Of a stretch of DNA of 64,000 nucleotides, positions 10,269 through 18,829 are shown one piece after another (within the stretch, counting starts at the first letter, position 1; each line of letters opens with the position of its first letter). The stretch is taken from NCBI GenBank assembly GCA_050331575.1, contig JBHJGS010000008.1, forward strand, positions 6,754-70,753. Direction: 5' to 3'. Made by a program: the position numbers and the translations under genes. The notes beneath the pieces are model-generated. The model did no database searches and was not told the origin of the DNA. It saw nothing but the letters and a program-made list of their open reading frames with translations. Origin of the DNA: Rhodothalassiaceae bacterium. Lineage in GTDB: Bacteria; Pseudomonadota; Alphaproteobacteria; Sphingomonadales; Rhodothalassiaceae.

Positions 10269-11777
10269 ATGAGCAGTGCGTTGGGGCATTTTGTGGCCGG
10301 GGGCCGGGTGGCCGGGACGTCCGGGCGGTTCGGGGAGGTGTTCAACCCCTCCATCGGTGAGGTGCAGGCGCAGGTGGCGCTGGCCTCGGCTCAGGAAGTA
10401 CAGGCCGCCATTGCCGCGGCACAGGAGGCGTTCCCCGGTTGGGCTGCGACGTCCTCGGTGAAGCGCGCACGGATCATGTTCAAATTCCTGGAGCTAGTCA
10501 CCAAGGAGAAGGAGACTCTGGCGCGCACGCTGGCGTCCGAGCATGGCAAGGTGATCGCCGATGCCGCCGGCGACGTGCAGCGCGGGCTGGACGTGATCGA
10601 ATTCGCCTGCGGCATCCCGCATTTCATGAAGGGCGAGTTCGCCGACAATGTCGCCACCGGCATTGATCTGTATTCGATGCGCAAGCCGCTGGGCGTGGTC
10701 GGCGCCATCACGCCGTTCAACTTCCCCGCCATGATCCCGATGTGGATGTTCGGCATCGCCATTGCCTGCGGCAATACCGTGATCTTGAAGCCCTCGGAGA
10801 AGGATCCCTCGGTGCCGCTCAGGCTGGCCGAGTTGATGATGGAGGCGGGCGCGCCGGAGGGCGTCTTGAATGTGGTCAATGGCGACAAGGAGGCGGTGGA
10901 CACCCTGCTCACCGACGCGCGGGTCAAGGCAATCAGCTTCGTCGGCTCCACCGATATCGCCAAATATGTCTATGCCACCGGCACCGCCCACGGCAAACGC
11001 GTTCAGGCCATGGGCGGGGCGAAGAATCACATGATCATCCTGCCCGACGCCGATCTCGACCAGGTCACCGACGCGCTGATCGGCTCGGCCTACGGCTCAG
11101 CCGGCGAGCGCTGCATGGCCAATCCCGTGGCGGTGCCGGTGGGCGAGGATCTGGCCGAGGAGGTGATCGCGCGCCTGAAGCCGCGCATCGCGGAGTTGAA
11201 AATCGGCCCATCGCATGACCCGGACATGGAGCTGGGCCCGCTGGTCACCCAGGCGCATTGGCAGCGGGTGAAGGGCTATATCGATCTGGGCGTGGAGGAA
11301 GGCTCTGACCTGGTGGTCGATGGGCGCGACTATAAGGTCACCACCCAGGGCTATGAAAACGGCTTCTACATGGGCGCCTCGCTGCTGGACCGGGTGACGC
11401 CCAAGATGCGCTCCTATCAAGACGAGATTTTCGGCCCGGTGCTGCAAATCGTCCGCGCGGAAACGGCGGACCAGGCGGTGCGGCTGCCCTCGGCCCACCG
11501 CTACGGCAACGGCACGTCGATCTTCACCAATGACGGCGATGCCGCGCGCGAATTCGCCGACAAGGTGGAGGTCGGCATGGTCGGCATCAATGTGCCGATC
11601 CCGGTGCCGCTGGCCTTCTTCACCTTCGGCGGCTGGAAGGACAGCGCCTTTGGCGACATCAACCAGCATGGTGCCGCCGGGGTGCAGTTCTTCACCAAGA
11701 CCAAGACGGTGACCAGCCGCTGGCCCACCGGCATCCGCGGCGGCGCGGAATTCGCCATCCCGACGCTGAACACCTAA
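10269..11777 (+). CDS. mmsA: CoA-acylating methylmalonate-semialdehyde dehydrogenase
   Basis: Aldehyde dehydrogenase fold with an MmsA-type N-terminus (LGHFVAGGRVAGTSGRFGEVFNPSIGEV...). GGAAAGGA lies 7 nt before the ATG at 10269; the track start 10251 is TTG. Confidence 0.9.
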   Translation: MSSALGHFVAGGRVAGTSGRFGEVFNPSIGEVQAQVALASAQEVQAAIAAAQEAFPGWAATSSVKRARIMFKFLELVTKEKETLARTLASEHGKVIADAAGDVQRGLDVIEFACGIPHFMKGEFADNVATGIDLYSMRKPLGVVGAITPFNFPAMIPMWMFGIAIACGNTVILKPSEKDPSVPLRLAELMMEAGAPEGVLNVVNGDKEAVDTLLTDARVKAISFVGSTDIAKYVYATGTAHGKRVQAMGGAKNHMIILPDADLDQVTDALIGSAYGSAGERCMANPVAVPVGEDLAEEVIARLKPRIAELKIGPSHDPDMELGPLVTQAHWQRVKGYIDLGVEEGSDLVVDGRDYKVTTQGYENGFYMGASLLDRVTPKMRSYQDEIFGPVLQIVRAETADQAVRLPSAHRYGNGTSIFTNDGDAAREFADKVEVGMVGINVPIPVPLAFFTFGGWKDSAFGDINQHGAAGVQFFTKTKTVTSRWPTGIRGGAEFAIPTLNT

Positions 11778-11883
11778 GGCCTTTTCGTCCCCCTCAAGCC
11801 AGGCTCCACCGCTCAGCATGGCGCCCATGTAGCCGGCGGAACAAAAGCTAATCCGCGCGGCCCTCGCCCCATCTCTGTGACCC

Positions 11884-12371
11884 TCACCCCAGCGCCAAAT
11901 CCGTCACCCCAGCGTACGCTGGGGTCCATCTTGCAGCGCTGGAGCTTGCACCACCATCGGAAAGATGGGCTCCTGCCTGCGCAGGAGCGACGGGACCGTC
12001 CATCCCCCACCCTCCGTCACCCCAGCGCACGCTGGGGTTCATCTTGCAGCGCTGGAGCTTGCACCATCGTGGGAAAGATGGGCTCCTGCCTGCGCAGGAG
12101 CGACGGGGATATGGGTGCGCAGGAGCGACGGGACCGTCCATCCCCCCACTCCCCGTCACCCCAGCGCACGCTGGGGTCCATCTTGCGGGGCTGGAGCCCG
12201 CACCACCATCGGAAAGATGGGCTCCTGCTTGCGCAGGAGCGACGGGGGGGCAAGCGTAGGTTGGAGCGACGGCGAGGCGCGGCCGCCGCCCCACGCCACA
12301 CCCGTCCCCCCAGCGAACGCTGGGGTCCATCTTGCGGGGCTGGAGCCCGCACCACCGTGGGAAAGATGGGG
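11884..12371. repeat. array of about 4 copies of the same three-hairpin repeat unit, downstream of mmsA, same orientation as the upstream array
   Basis: Unit starts (GTCACCCCAGCG / GTCCCCCCAGCG) at 11903, 12016, 12155 and 12304, giving periods of 113, 139 and 149 nt. A partial copy sits at 11884. Confidence 0.9.
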
Positions 12372-12485
12372 TTTTGGCGAGCGGGGGTCATAGAATTATA
12401 CGCATATTATCGCCCTTATGGTATTCGCCTGACGCGACTCAGCGGTCGTTGAGCGGCATGGATTGCGGGGCAAGGGGAAGAGCAG

Positions 12486-13139
12486 ATGGAGCGGCTCGCA
12501 ACAAAAGTTGAAGCGCTGTTGACCGGTCAGCCCGCACCGCTGGCGGGCCAACGCAAGCACAGCGCCATTGCCAAGCGGCCGGTCCAGGGCCGGGTGGATA
12601 TCACGCCGCTGGGCTTGGCCGGCGACAGCCAGGCGGACCGCAACCATCATGGCGGGCCTGACAAGGCGGTGCACCACTATCCTTTCGACCATTATGCCCA
12701 TTGGCGGGCGGTGACCGGCCTGGCCCTGGCCGAGCCCGGCTGGTTCGGCGAGAATATTTCCACGACCGGTCTGACAGAACAGACGGTGTGCCTTGGCGAC
12801 CGCTTTCAGATCGGTACCGCGGTTCTGGAGGTCAGCCACGGTCGCCAGCCGTGCGCCACGCTGGTCGCCCATCTCGGCCGCAAGAGCATGGTCAAGGAGG
12901 TGCTCAGCAGCGGCTTCACCGGCTGGTACTATCGGGTGGTCACCCCTGGACAGGCGCAGGCGGGCGACCCTGTGACCCTGACCAACCGGCCCTGTCCGGA
13001 TTGGCCGCTTGCCCGGCTGACCGACACCTTGCTGCACAAGGGTGGCGACCGACAAACCTTGGCGGACCTGGCCGAGCATGCCGTGCTGGCCGAGGCGTGG
13101 CGGCAGATCGCGCGCGCCAAATTGGCCACAGCGGCCTGA
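12486..13139 (+). CDS. MOSC domain protein (YiiM-like)
   Basis: 217 aa with GDSQADRNHHGGPDKAVHHYPFDHY and LEVSHGRQPC, typical of the MOSC/YiiM family. GGGGAAGAG lies before the ATG. Confidence 0.85.
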   Translation: MERLATKVEALLTGQPAPLAGQRKHSAIAKRPVQGRVDITPLGLAGDSQADRNHHGGPDKAVHHYPFDHYAHWRAVTGLALAEPGWFGENISTTGLTEQTVCLGDRFQIGTAVLEVSHGRQPCATLVAHLGRKSMVKEVLSSGFTGWYYRVVTPGQAQAGDPVTLTNRPCPDWPLARLTDTLLHKGGDRQTLADLAEHAVLAEAWRQIARAKLATAA

Positions 13140-13149
13140 GAGGGTGGCC

Positions 13150-13569
13150 ATGGCGATCGGCCGCGTCGGCCCAAGCGACACGTCCGCGGAGGCCTTTTTG
13201 GCACGCCTGCAGCCGGCACGCTTTCGTGCCGATGCCGAGCGCATTGCCGCAATCATGGCGCGCATCACCGGCGAACCGCCGGTCTTATGGGGTCACGACA
13301 TCATCGGCTTCGGCCACTATCATTACCATTATGCCGACGGCCGTTCCGGTGACTGGATGTTGACCGGCTTCGCGCCGCGCCGCGGCGTTCTGGTGTTATA
13401 CATTATGTCCGGCTTCACCCGCTTTCAGCCCCTGTTGGACCGGCTGTGCCGGTTCCGCAGCGGCCGCTCTTGTCTCTATGTCGAGCGCCTGTCCGATATC
13501 CGGCTTGAGGTCTTGGAAGAGCTGGTTGCCGCCTCAGTGGCGCATTTGCGAGCGATGTATCGCGACTGA
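13150..13569 (+). CDS. DUF1801 (YdhG-like) domain protein
   Basis: ATG at 13150 just after the MOSC stop. PPVLWGHDIIGFGHYHYHYADGRSGDWMLTGFAPRRGVLVLYI is typical of DUF1801. Confidence 0.7.
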   Translation: MAIGRVGPSDTSAEAFLARLQPARFRADAERIAAIMARITGEPPVLWGHDIIGFGHYHYHYADGRSGDWMLTGFAPRRGVLVLYIMSGFTRFQPLLDRLCRFRSGRSCLYVERLSDIRLEVLEELVAASVAHLRAMYRD

Positions 13570-13733
13570 CCGGACCCGCCAGCGACCCGACCCGCCCGCA
13601 TCGAAGCATCGCGACACTCCGTCGCGCGCCGCAGGTACGGCGGCACGTCCAGCCTGCCGCAGCGTTGTCAAGCCAGCCGGGGCAAGAGGCTTAGCCGCTT
13701 CGGTACATCTGACGTCCGCAAGGAGATTCACCA

Positions 13734-14375
13734 ATGCCTCTGCGCAGTCTTGCCTATTCGATTGCCTTGTTCGTTGTTATCGGGTTCGCGCCGGATACGG
13801 CCCGCGCTAGCATCATCGACGGCCAAACCGTGGTCGATGTCACATTCGATTTGGATGATGCCGGTTTGACGCCGACACTTCTGGGCGATGCCGAGACCAC
13901 TTCTGACGGTTTTCTGCTATTCCCGATCACCGGTGGGGATCTGTCCGCCGGGCTGATCGAACATGACGGCTCCGGGCTGAGCCTGTCTGCCGGCAGCGCC
14001 TTTGTCGATCTGGAGAATTTCCTGATTGATATTTCCGACCCGACGATGGGAACATTGTTCGCCGACATCACCAACACCAGCACCGGGCTGCAACTGGACG
14101 GGGCACCAATTTTCGATCTGACCCTTGCAGGTGTCAGCGATCCGTTCGACTTGGACAATCCGTCGATCCCGCTGGCCTTTACCGGCGATGCCTCGACCGT
14201 GCTCAATGGCGTTTTCGGCCTGGGCGGGGATGACGCCCTGACCGAAGCGGCCTTCGGTCTGGCCGCGACCGAACCGATCAGCGTGCACGGCCCGATGGCG
14301 GCAGGCCTGCTGGCAAGCGGCCTGGCGCTGTTTGCCGGACTGCGGCGCAAGACCGGCCGGGCGGCTCACGCGTAA
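13734..14375 (+). CDS. secreted acidic protein with a PEP-CTERM/VPLPA-CTERM-like C-terminal anchor
   Basis: AAGGAGA RBS and signal peptide MPLRSLAYSIALFVVIGFAPDTARA. The C-terminus VHGPMAAGLLASGLALFAGLRRK is a short motif followed by a TM helix and a basic cluster. Confidence 0.65.
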   Translation: MPLRSLAYSIALFVVIGFAPDTARASIIDGQTVVDVTFDLDDAGLTPTLLGDAETTSDGFLLFPITGGDLSAGLIEHDGSGLSLSAGSAFVDLENFLIDISDPTMGTLFADITNTSTGLQLDGAPIFDLTLAGVSDPFDLDNPSIPLAFTGDASTVLNGVFGLGGDDALTEAAFGLAATEPISVHGPMAAGLLASGLALFAGLRRKTGRAAHA

Positions 14376-14381
14376 CTGAGC

Positions 14382-15266
14382 TTACGATCGCAGGTGGCGG
14401 ATCAGGCTGGAGGTATCCTGCCGTCCGCCGCCCTTGGCCTGGACCTCGGCATAGAATTGGTCGACCAGGGCGGTGACCGGCAGCGACACGCCCAGTCGCC
14501 GCGCCTCGGCCAGCACGATGGCCAGGTCCTTGCGCATCCAATCCACGGCAAAACCGAAGTCGAACGCGCCGGCCACCATGGTGGCGGCGCGATTGTCCAT
14601 CTGCCAGCTTTGCGCCGCCCCCTTGGAGATCACCTCCACCACCGCGGCCGGATCCAGACCGCCTTCCTGGCAAAAGTGCAGCGCCTCTGACAGGCCCGCC
14701 AGGACCCCGGCAATGCAGATCTGATTGACCATCTTCGCGCTTTGACCGCTGCCCGCCGGCCCCAACAGACGGATCATCCGGCCATAGGCGGCCATCGCCG
14801 GTTCGGCCTTGGCAAAGGCCTCCGCGCTGCCTCCGGCCATGATGGTCAGGCGCCCGTCGATCGCGCCCGCCTCGCCGCCGGAGACCGGGGCGTCGATGAA
14901 GCCGATCCCGCGCGCCTGCGCCTCAGCCGCCAGCTCACGCGCCAGGTCGGCTGAGCAGGTGGTATGGTCAACGAAAATCGCGCCCGGCGCCATCGCGTCG
15001 AACGCACCGGCCTGGCCCAGCGTCACCGCCCGCACATCCGCGTCCGCCCCGACGCAAGCAAACACCAGATCGGCGTCGCGCGCGGCCTCGGCCGGGCTGG
15101 GGGCGCTGGCGTGCCCATGCGCCTGGACCCAACGCACCGCCTTGTCGGGACTGCGATTATAGACGATCACGGCATAGCCGGCGCGGGCGAGATGACCGGC
15201 CATCGGCCAGCCCATCACGCCCAATCCCAAAAACGCGGTCTTGAGCGGCATCAACGAATCCTTCAT
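14382..15266 (-). CDS. NAD(P)-dependent 3-hydroxyisobutyrate dehydrogenase-family oxidoreductase
   Basis: AFLGLGVMGWPMAGHLARAGYAVIVYNRS Rossmann motif plus a 6-phosphogluconate-dehydrogenase-like C-terminal domain. Start is 15266 or 15251. Confidence 0.9.
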   Translation of the reverse strand: MKDSLMPLKTAFLGLGVMGWPMAGHLARAGYAVIVYNRSPDKAVRWVQAHGHASAPSPAEAARDADLVFACVGADADVRAVTLGQAGAFDAMAPGAIFVDHTTCSADLARELAAEAQARGIGFIDAPVSGGEAGAIDGRLTIMAGGSAEAFAKAEPAMAAYGRMIRLLGPAGSGQSAKMVNQICIAGVLAGLSEALHFCQEGGLDPAAVVEVISKGAAQSWQMDNRAATMVAGAFDFGFAVDWMRKDLAIVLAEARRLGVSLPVTALVDQFYAEVQAKGGGRQDTSSLIRHLRS

Positions 15267-15358
15267 GTCGGTAAATGAGCGGCCTGTGGTGCAGCTCTTA
15301 AGCGGGCGCGCCGCCGCAAGGCAAGGCTGCGATCATCCATGAACGAGACGACGCTGTC

Positions 15359-17740
15359 ATGAAATTGCTTATCAAGGCTGGTCTGGTCCTGCTCGGCTTG
15401 GTCCTGCTCGGCGCCGCATTGCTGGTGGCCTTTCTGCGTTCGACGCTGCCGCCGCATGATGGTGAGCTGCAATTCGCCCAACTGGACGCCCCCGTGACGA
15501 TCGCGCGCGATGCCTGGGGCGTGCCGCATATCGAGGCCGAAACGGAGCATGATCTGCATTTCGCCTTGGGCGTTGCCCATGCCCAGGATCGGCTGTGGCA
15601 GCTGGATATCCACCGCCGGATCGCGGCAGGCCGCTTAGCAGAAATCTTGGGGCCAGAAGCGGCGCAACAGGACATCTTTCTGCGCACCCTCAGCCTTTAT
15701 GATCGCGCCGAGAAGGCCTTTGGGCAATTGCCGGAGGAGGCACAAGCGATGTTCCGCGCTTATGCCGACGGGGTTAATGCCTATGTCGCAAAACGCCGGC
15801 ATCCCCTGCCACCGGAATATCATGTGCTGGGCGCCGATTTCGCGCCGTTCACCCCGGTCGATGCCCTGTCCTGGCTAAAGGTCATGGCGTTGGACTTGGG
15901 CAAGAACTATGCCCGGGAACTGTCCAGACTGGGCCTGTCGGACCGCTTGACCGCAGCGCAGTTGGAGCAATTCTACCCGGTCTATCCCGGCAGCCTGCGC
16001 CCGCCGCTGCCTGATCTGCGCCAGCTTTACGACGGCGCGGTGATCACGCCGGCAGCGGTCCTGGCGCCAGAGGTCCCGGACACCAACCGCGGCTCGAACA
16101 ATTGGGTGGTCGACGGGCAATGGACCAAGAGCGGCAAGCCGATCCTGGCCAACGACCCGCATCTGAGCTTCAACACCCCAGGTCTGTGGTATCTGGCGCA
16201 TCTCAAGCTGGGCGACCGGCACATCATTGGCGTGACCATCCCGGGCTTGCCGATGGTGGTGTTGGGCCGCAACAACCGCATTGCCTGGGGCTTCACCAAC
16301 ACCGGGCCGGATACCCAGGATCTGTATCTGGAAAAGCTTGTGCCCGGGGCCGGCTATTTGACGCCGGATGGCCCGGAAGCCTTCGTCGAACGCGAAGAAC
16401 TCATCAAGATCAAGGGGGCGCCGGACCAGACCATCACCGTGCGCGAAACCCGCCACGGCCCGGTGATATCGGACGCCATGGACTCGGTTCGCCCGATCTT
16501 GTCGGAGAATTCGGTACTGGCCCTGCGCTGGACCGCACTGGACCCGGACGATGTCAGCGCCAGCACGCTGCAGCGCATGCTTTATGTCGACACGGTCGAG
16601 CAGTTGCACGCGGCCTTGGCCGACTATGTCGGCCCGCAGCAGAATATCGTGTTCGCCGATGTCGACGGCAATATCGGCTACACCGCGCCAGCGCGGATCC
16701 CCGTGCGCGGACCGCGGAATATCACCCACGGCCTGGTACCGGCACCGGGCTGGAAACCCGGTTTCGACTGGCAGGGCTTTGCCGACCCCGCGCAGTTGCC
16801 GCAAGTTCACAACCCCGCTGACGGTGTGCTGGTTACCGCCAACCAACAGGTGGTGCCGAAGGATTTTCCGGTTTTTCTCAGCCATGAATGGGCCCTGCCC
16901 TACCGGCACGACCGCATTCGCACGCTCATCGAGGCAAGTCGCGACCATGACCTGGACACGATGGGCGCGATTCAGATGGACCGAACCTCTGCGATCGCTG
17001 AGGACCTGCTGCCCTTGTTTCAGGCGCATGTCTCCGGCCTGCGCCATCAACCGGTGCTGCAGGCGCTCGCTGACTGGGACCGGGTGATGGTCGCCGATGC
17101 CGCCGAACCGCTGATCTTTGCGGCGTGGCACCGGCGCATCATCGAGCGGCTGATCGCTGACGAACTGGGCGACCGGTTTCCCGCCGTGAACGGCGCCAAG
17201 ACGCGCTTTCTCATTCAGGTGCTCACCAATCAGGATGATATGGCCACCTGGTGCGATGATGTGCAAACCGCGCCGGAGGAAAGCTGCGGCGAGATCGTGA
17301 CGACGGCGTTGGACCAAACCATGGGCGATCTGACCGAGCAGTTCGGGTCGGATTGGCGGCGGTGGCGCTGGGGCGAGCTGCACCGGGTGCGCATGCCGCA
17401 TCGTCCGTTGTCCCAGATCGCTGCGTTGCGGCGCTTTTTCGAGATCGGCGGCCCGATCGGCGGCGGTGTCGACACCGTCAATGTCGCCGGCGGCAGCTTC
17501 AATGTTCCGCACATCAATCGCGCCGGTGCCGGCTATCGCGGTCTGTTTGATCTATCGGACCTGGACCGCTCGCGCTATGTCATCGCCACGGGGCAATCGG
17601 GCCATCCGCTGTCCAAACATTATGATGATCTTTTCCCGCTGTGGCGCGACGGCGGCATGATCGAGATCCCCGCCCGGATGCCGGAGCCTGACGCCGCGTC
17701 GATCCTGCGTCTGACCCCCCGCGTCCTTAAGGAAAATTAA
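15359..17740 (+). CDS. penicillin acylase family Ntn-hydrolase (possible acyl-homoserine-lactone acylase)
   Basis: 793 aa with an N-terminal TM/signal segment, GVAHAQDRLWQLD, and the Ntn nucleophile context GSNNWVV. Confidence 0.9.
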   Translation: MKLLIKAGLVLLGLVLLGAALLVAFLRSTLPPHDGELQFAQLDAPVTIARDAWGVPHIEAETEHDLHFALGVAHAQDRLWQLDIHRRIAAGRLAEILGPEAAQQDIFLRTLSLYDRAEKAFGQLPEEAQAMFRAYADGVNAYVAKRRHPLPPEYHVLGADFAPFTPVDALSWLKVMALDLGKNYARELSRLGLSDRLTAAQLEQFYPVYPGSLRPPLPDLRQLYDGAVITPAAVLAPEVPDTNRGSNNWVVDGQWTKSGKPILANDPHLSFNTPGLWYLAHLKLGDRHIIGVTIPGLPMVVLGRNNRIAWGFTNTGPDTQDLYLEKLVPGAGYLTPDGPEAFVEREELIKIKGAPDQTITVRETRHGPVISDAMDSVRPILSENSVLALRWTALDPDDVSASTLQRMLYVDTVEQLHAALADYVGPQQNIVFADVDGNIGYTAPARIPVRGPRNITHGLVPAPGWKPGFDWQGFADPAQLPQVHNPADGVLVTANQQVVPKDFPVFLSHEWALPYRHDRIRTLIEASRDHDLDTMGAIQMDRTSAIAEDLLPLFQAHVSGLRHQPVLQALADWDRVMVADAAEPLIFAAWHRRIIERLIADELGDRFPAVNGAKTRFLIQVLTNQDDMATWCDDVQTAPEESCGEIVTTALDQTMGDLTEQFGSDWRRWRWGELHRVRMPHRPLSQIAALRRFFEIGGPIGGGVDTVNVAGGSFNVPHINRAGAGYRGLFDLSDLDRSRYVIATGQSGHPLSKHYDDLFPLWRDGGMIEIPARMPEPDAASILRLTPRVLKEN

Positions 17741-17790
17741 CCGCCCGCGCGCATTCTGGCGCCACGATTCAATAGTGCGAGGCTTCAGCC

Positions 17791-18684
17791 ATGGCGGATA
17801 ATCAGCGCCCGATCATCAAGAAGGTCAAGAAGGTGTCCGGCGGCGCCCATCATGGCGGCGCCTGGAAGGTCGCCTATGCCGACTTCACCACCGCGATGAT
17901 GGCCTTCTTCATGCTGCTGTGGCTGCTGAACGTCTCAGACAAGGAAACATTGGAAGGCTTGGCGGACTATTTCTCGCCGACCGCGGCGACCACCTCGTCC
18001 GAATCCGGCGCCGGCAAACCGCTTGCCGGCTCGGCCTTATCCGCGGAGGGCGCGTTGACCAGCGGCTCTGTCGCCTTGCAGATCCCTGCCCCGCCACCCA
18101 CCGCCGCGGTCGATGAACAGCAAGTGGGCCGTGACTCTGAAGACGCCAATGCGGTGCAACGGGAAAGCTTTGATAGCACCATCAATAATGACAAGGCGCT
18201 GGAGGAATTGACCCAGCAACTGCGGATAACATTGCAGGAATCGCCCGATCTGCGCCAAAATTTGGATCAGTTGCTGGTCGAGCAGACGCCGGAAGGCGTG
18301 CGGGTGCAGCTGATTGACAAGGACCAGCGGCCCTTGTTCCGGCCCGGCTCCGCGCAGCTTTATGAATTTGCCCAGAAACTTCTGACGCGGGTGGGCGAGG
18401 TGATCGGCCGGCTCCCCAATCAGATCGAGATCACCGGCCACACGGATGCGGGACCCACCGGCCAAGGCACCGGCTACACCAATTGGGAATTGTCGTCTGA
18501 CCGTGCCAATGCGGCCCGCCGGGTACTCAGCGATGCTGGTGTCTCGCAGGATCGCTTCGCCGCCAGCATCGGTAAGGCCGATACCGACCCGATCTATGGC
18601 GATGAGCCGTTTCGGCCGGAAAATCGCCGCATCGCCATTCTGGTGGTGCGCCAGGCTCCGGTGGTCCCCGGCGGCGGGCGCTAA
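17791..18684 (+). CDS. motB: flagellar motor stator protein MotB (OmpA-like C-terminus)
   Basis: GGAWKVAYADFTTAMMAFFMLLWLLN plug/TM segment and a C-terminal OmpA-like peptidoglycan-binding region (ITGHTDA...NWELSSDRANAARRVL...NRRIAILV). Confidence 0.8.
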   Translation: MADNQRPIIKKVKKVSGGAHHGGAWKVAYADFTTAMMAFFMLLWLLNVSDKETLEGLADYFSPTAATTSSESGAGKPLAGSALSAEGALTSGSVALQIPAPPPTAAVDEQQVGRDSEDANAVQRESFDSTINNDKALEELTQQLRITLQESPDLRQNLDQLLVEQTPEGVRVQLIDKDQRPLFRPGSAQLYEFAQKLLTRVGEVIGRLPNQIEITGHTDAGPTGQGTGYTNWELSSDRANAARRVLSDAGVSQDRFAASIGKADTDPIYGDEPFRPENRRIAILVVRQAPVVPGGGR

Positions 18685-18829
18685 GACAGGCTGACCGGCG
18701 GCACAGATCCAGCGTCGCCAAATCAAGCGCAATCGGTCCACCACCGTCGACTTACAGCAATCCCTCTTCCCTGGTGCGCACCGGGCCTTATAGTCGGCGT
18801 CTTGTCTTTGTCTTTCCCGCCGACGGACC

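Noticed and set aside
9796-12371. Possibility that the repeat arrays are CRISPR arrays.
   Set aside because: The whole 113-149-nt unit is repeated, including the would-be spacers. The period is irregular, the units contain several different palindromes, and no cas genes or leader are present.
9703-12452. Track ORFs lying inside the repeat arrays (for example 9703..10236 -, 9928..10269 +, 11877..12452 +, 11884..12330 -, 11965..12393 +, 12017..12391 -).
   Set aside because: Their translations are periodic read-throughs of the repeat unit in several frames on both strands (for example SPQRTLGSILQRWSLHHHRKDG repeated). They have no RBS and no protein-like composition.
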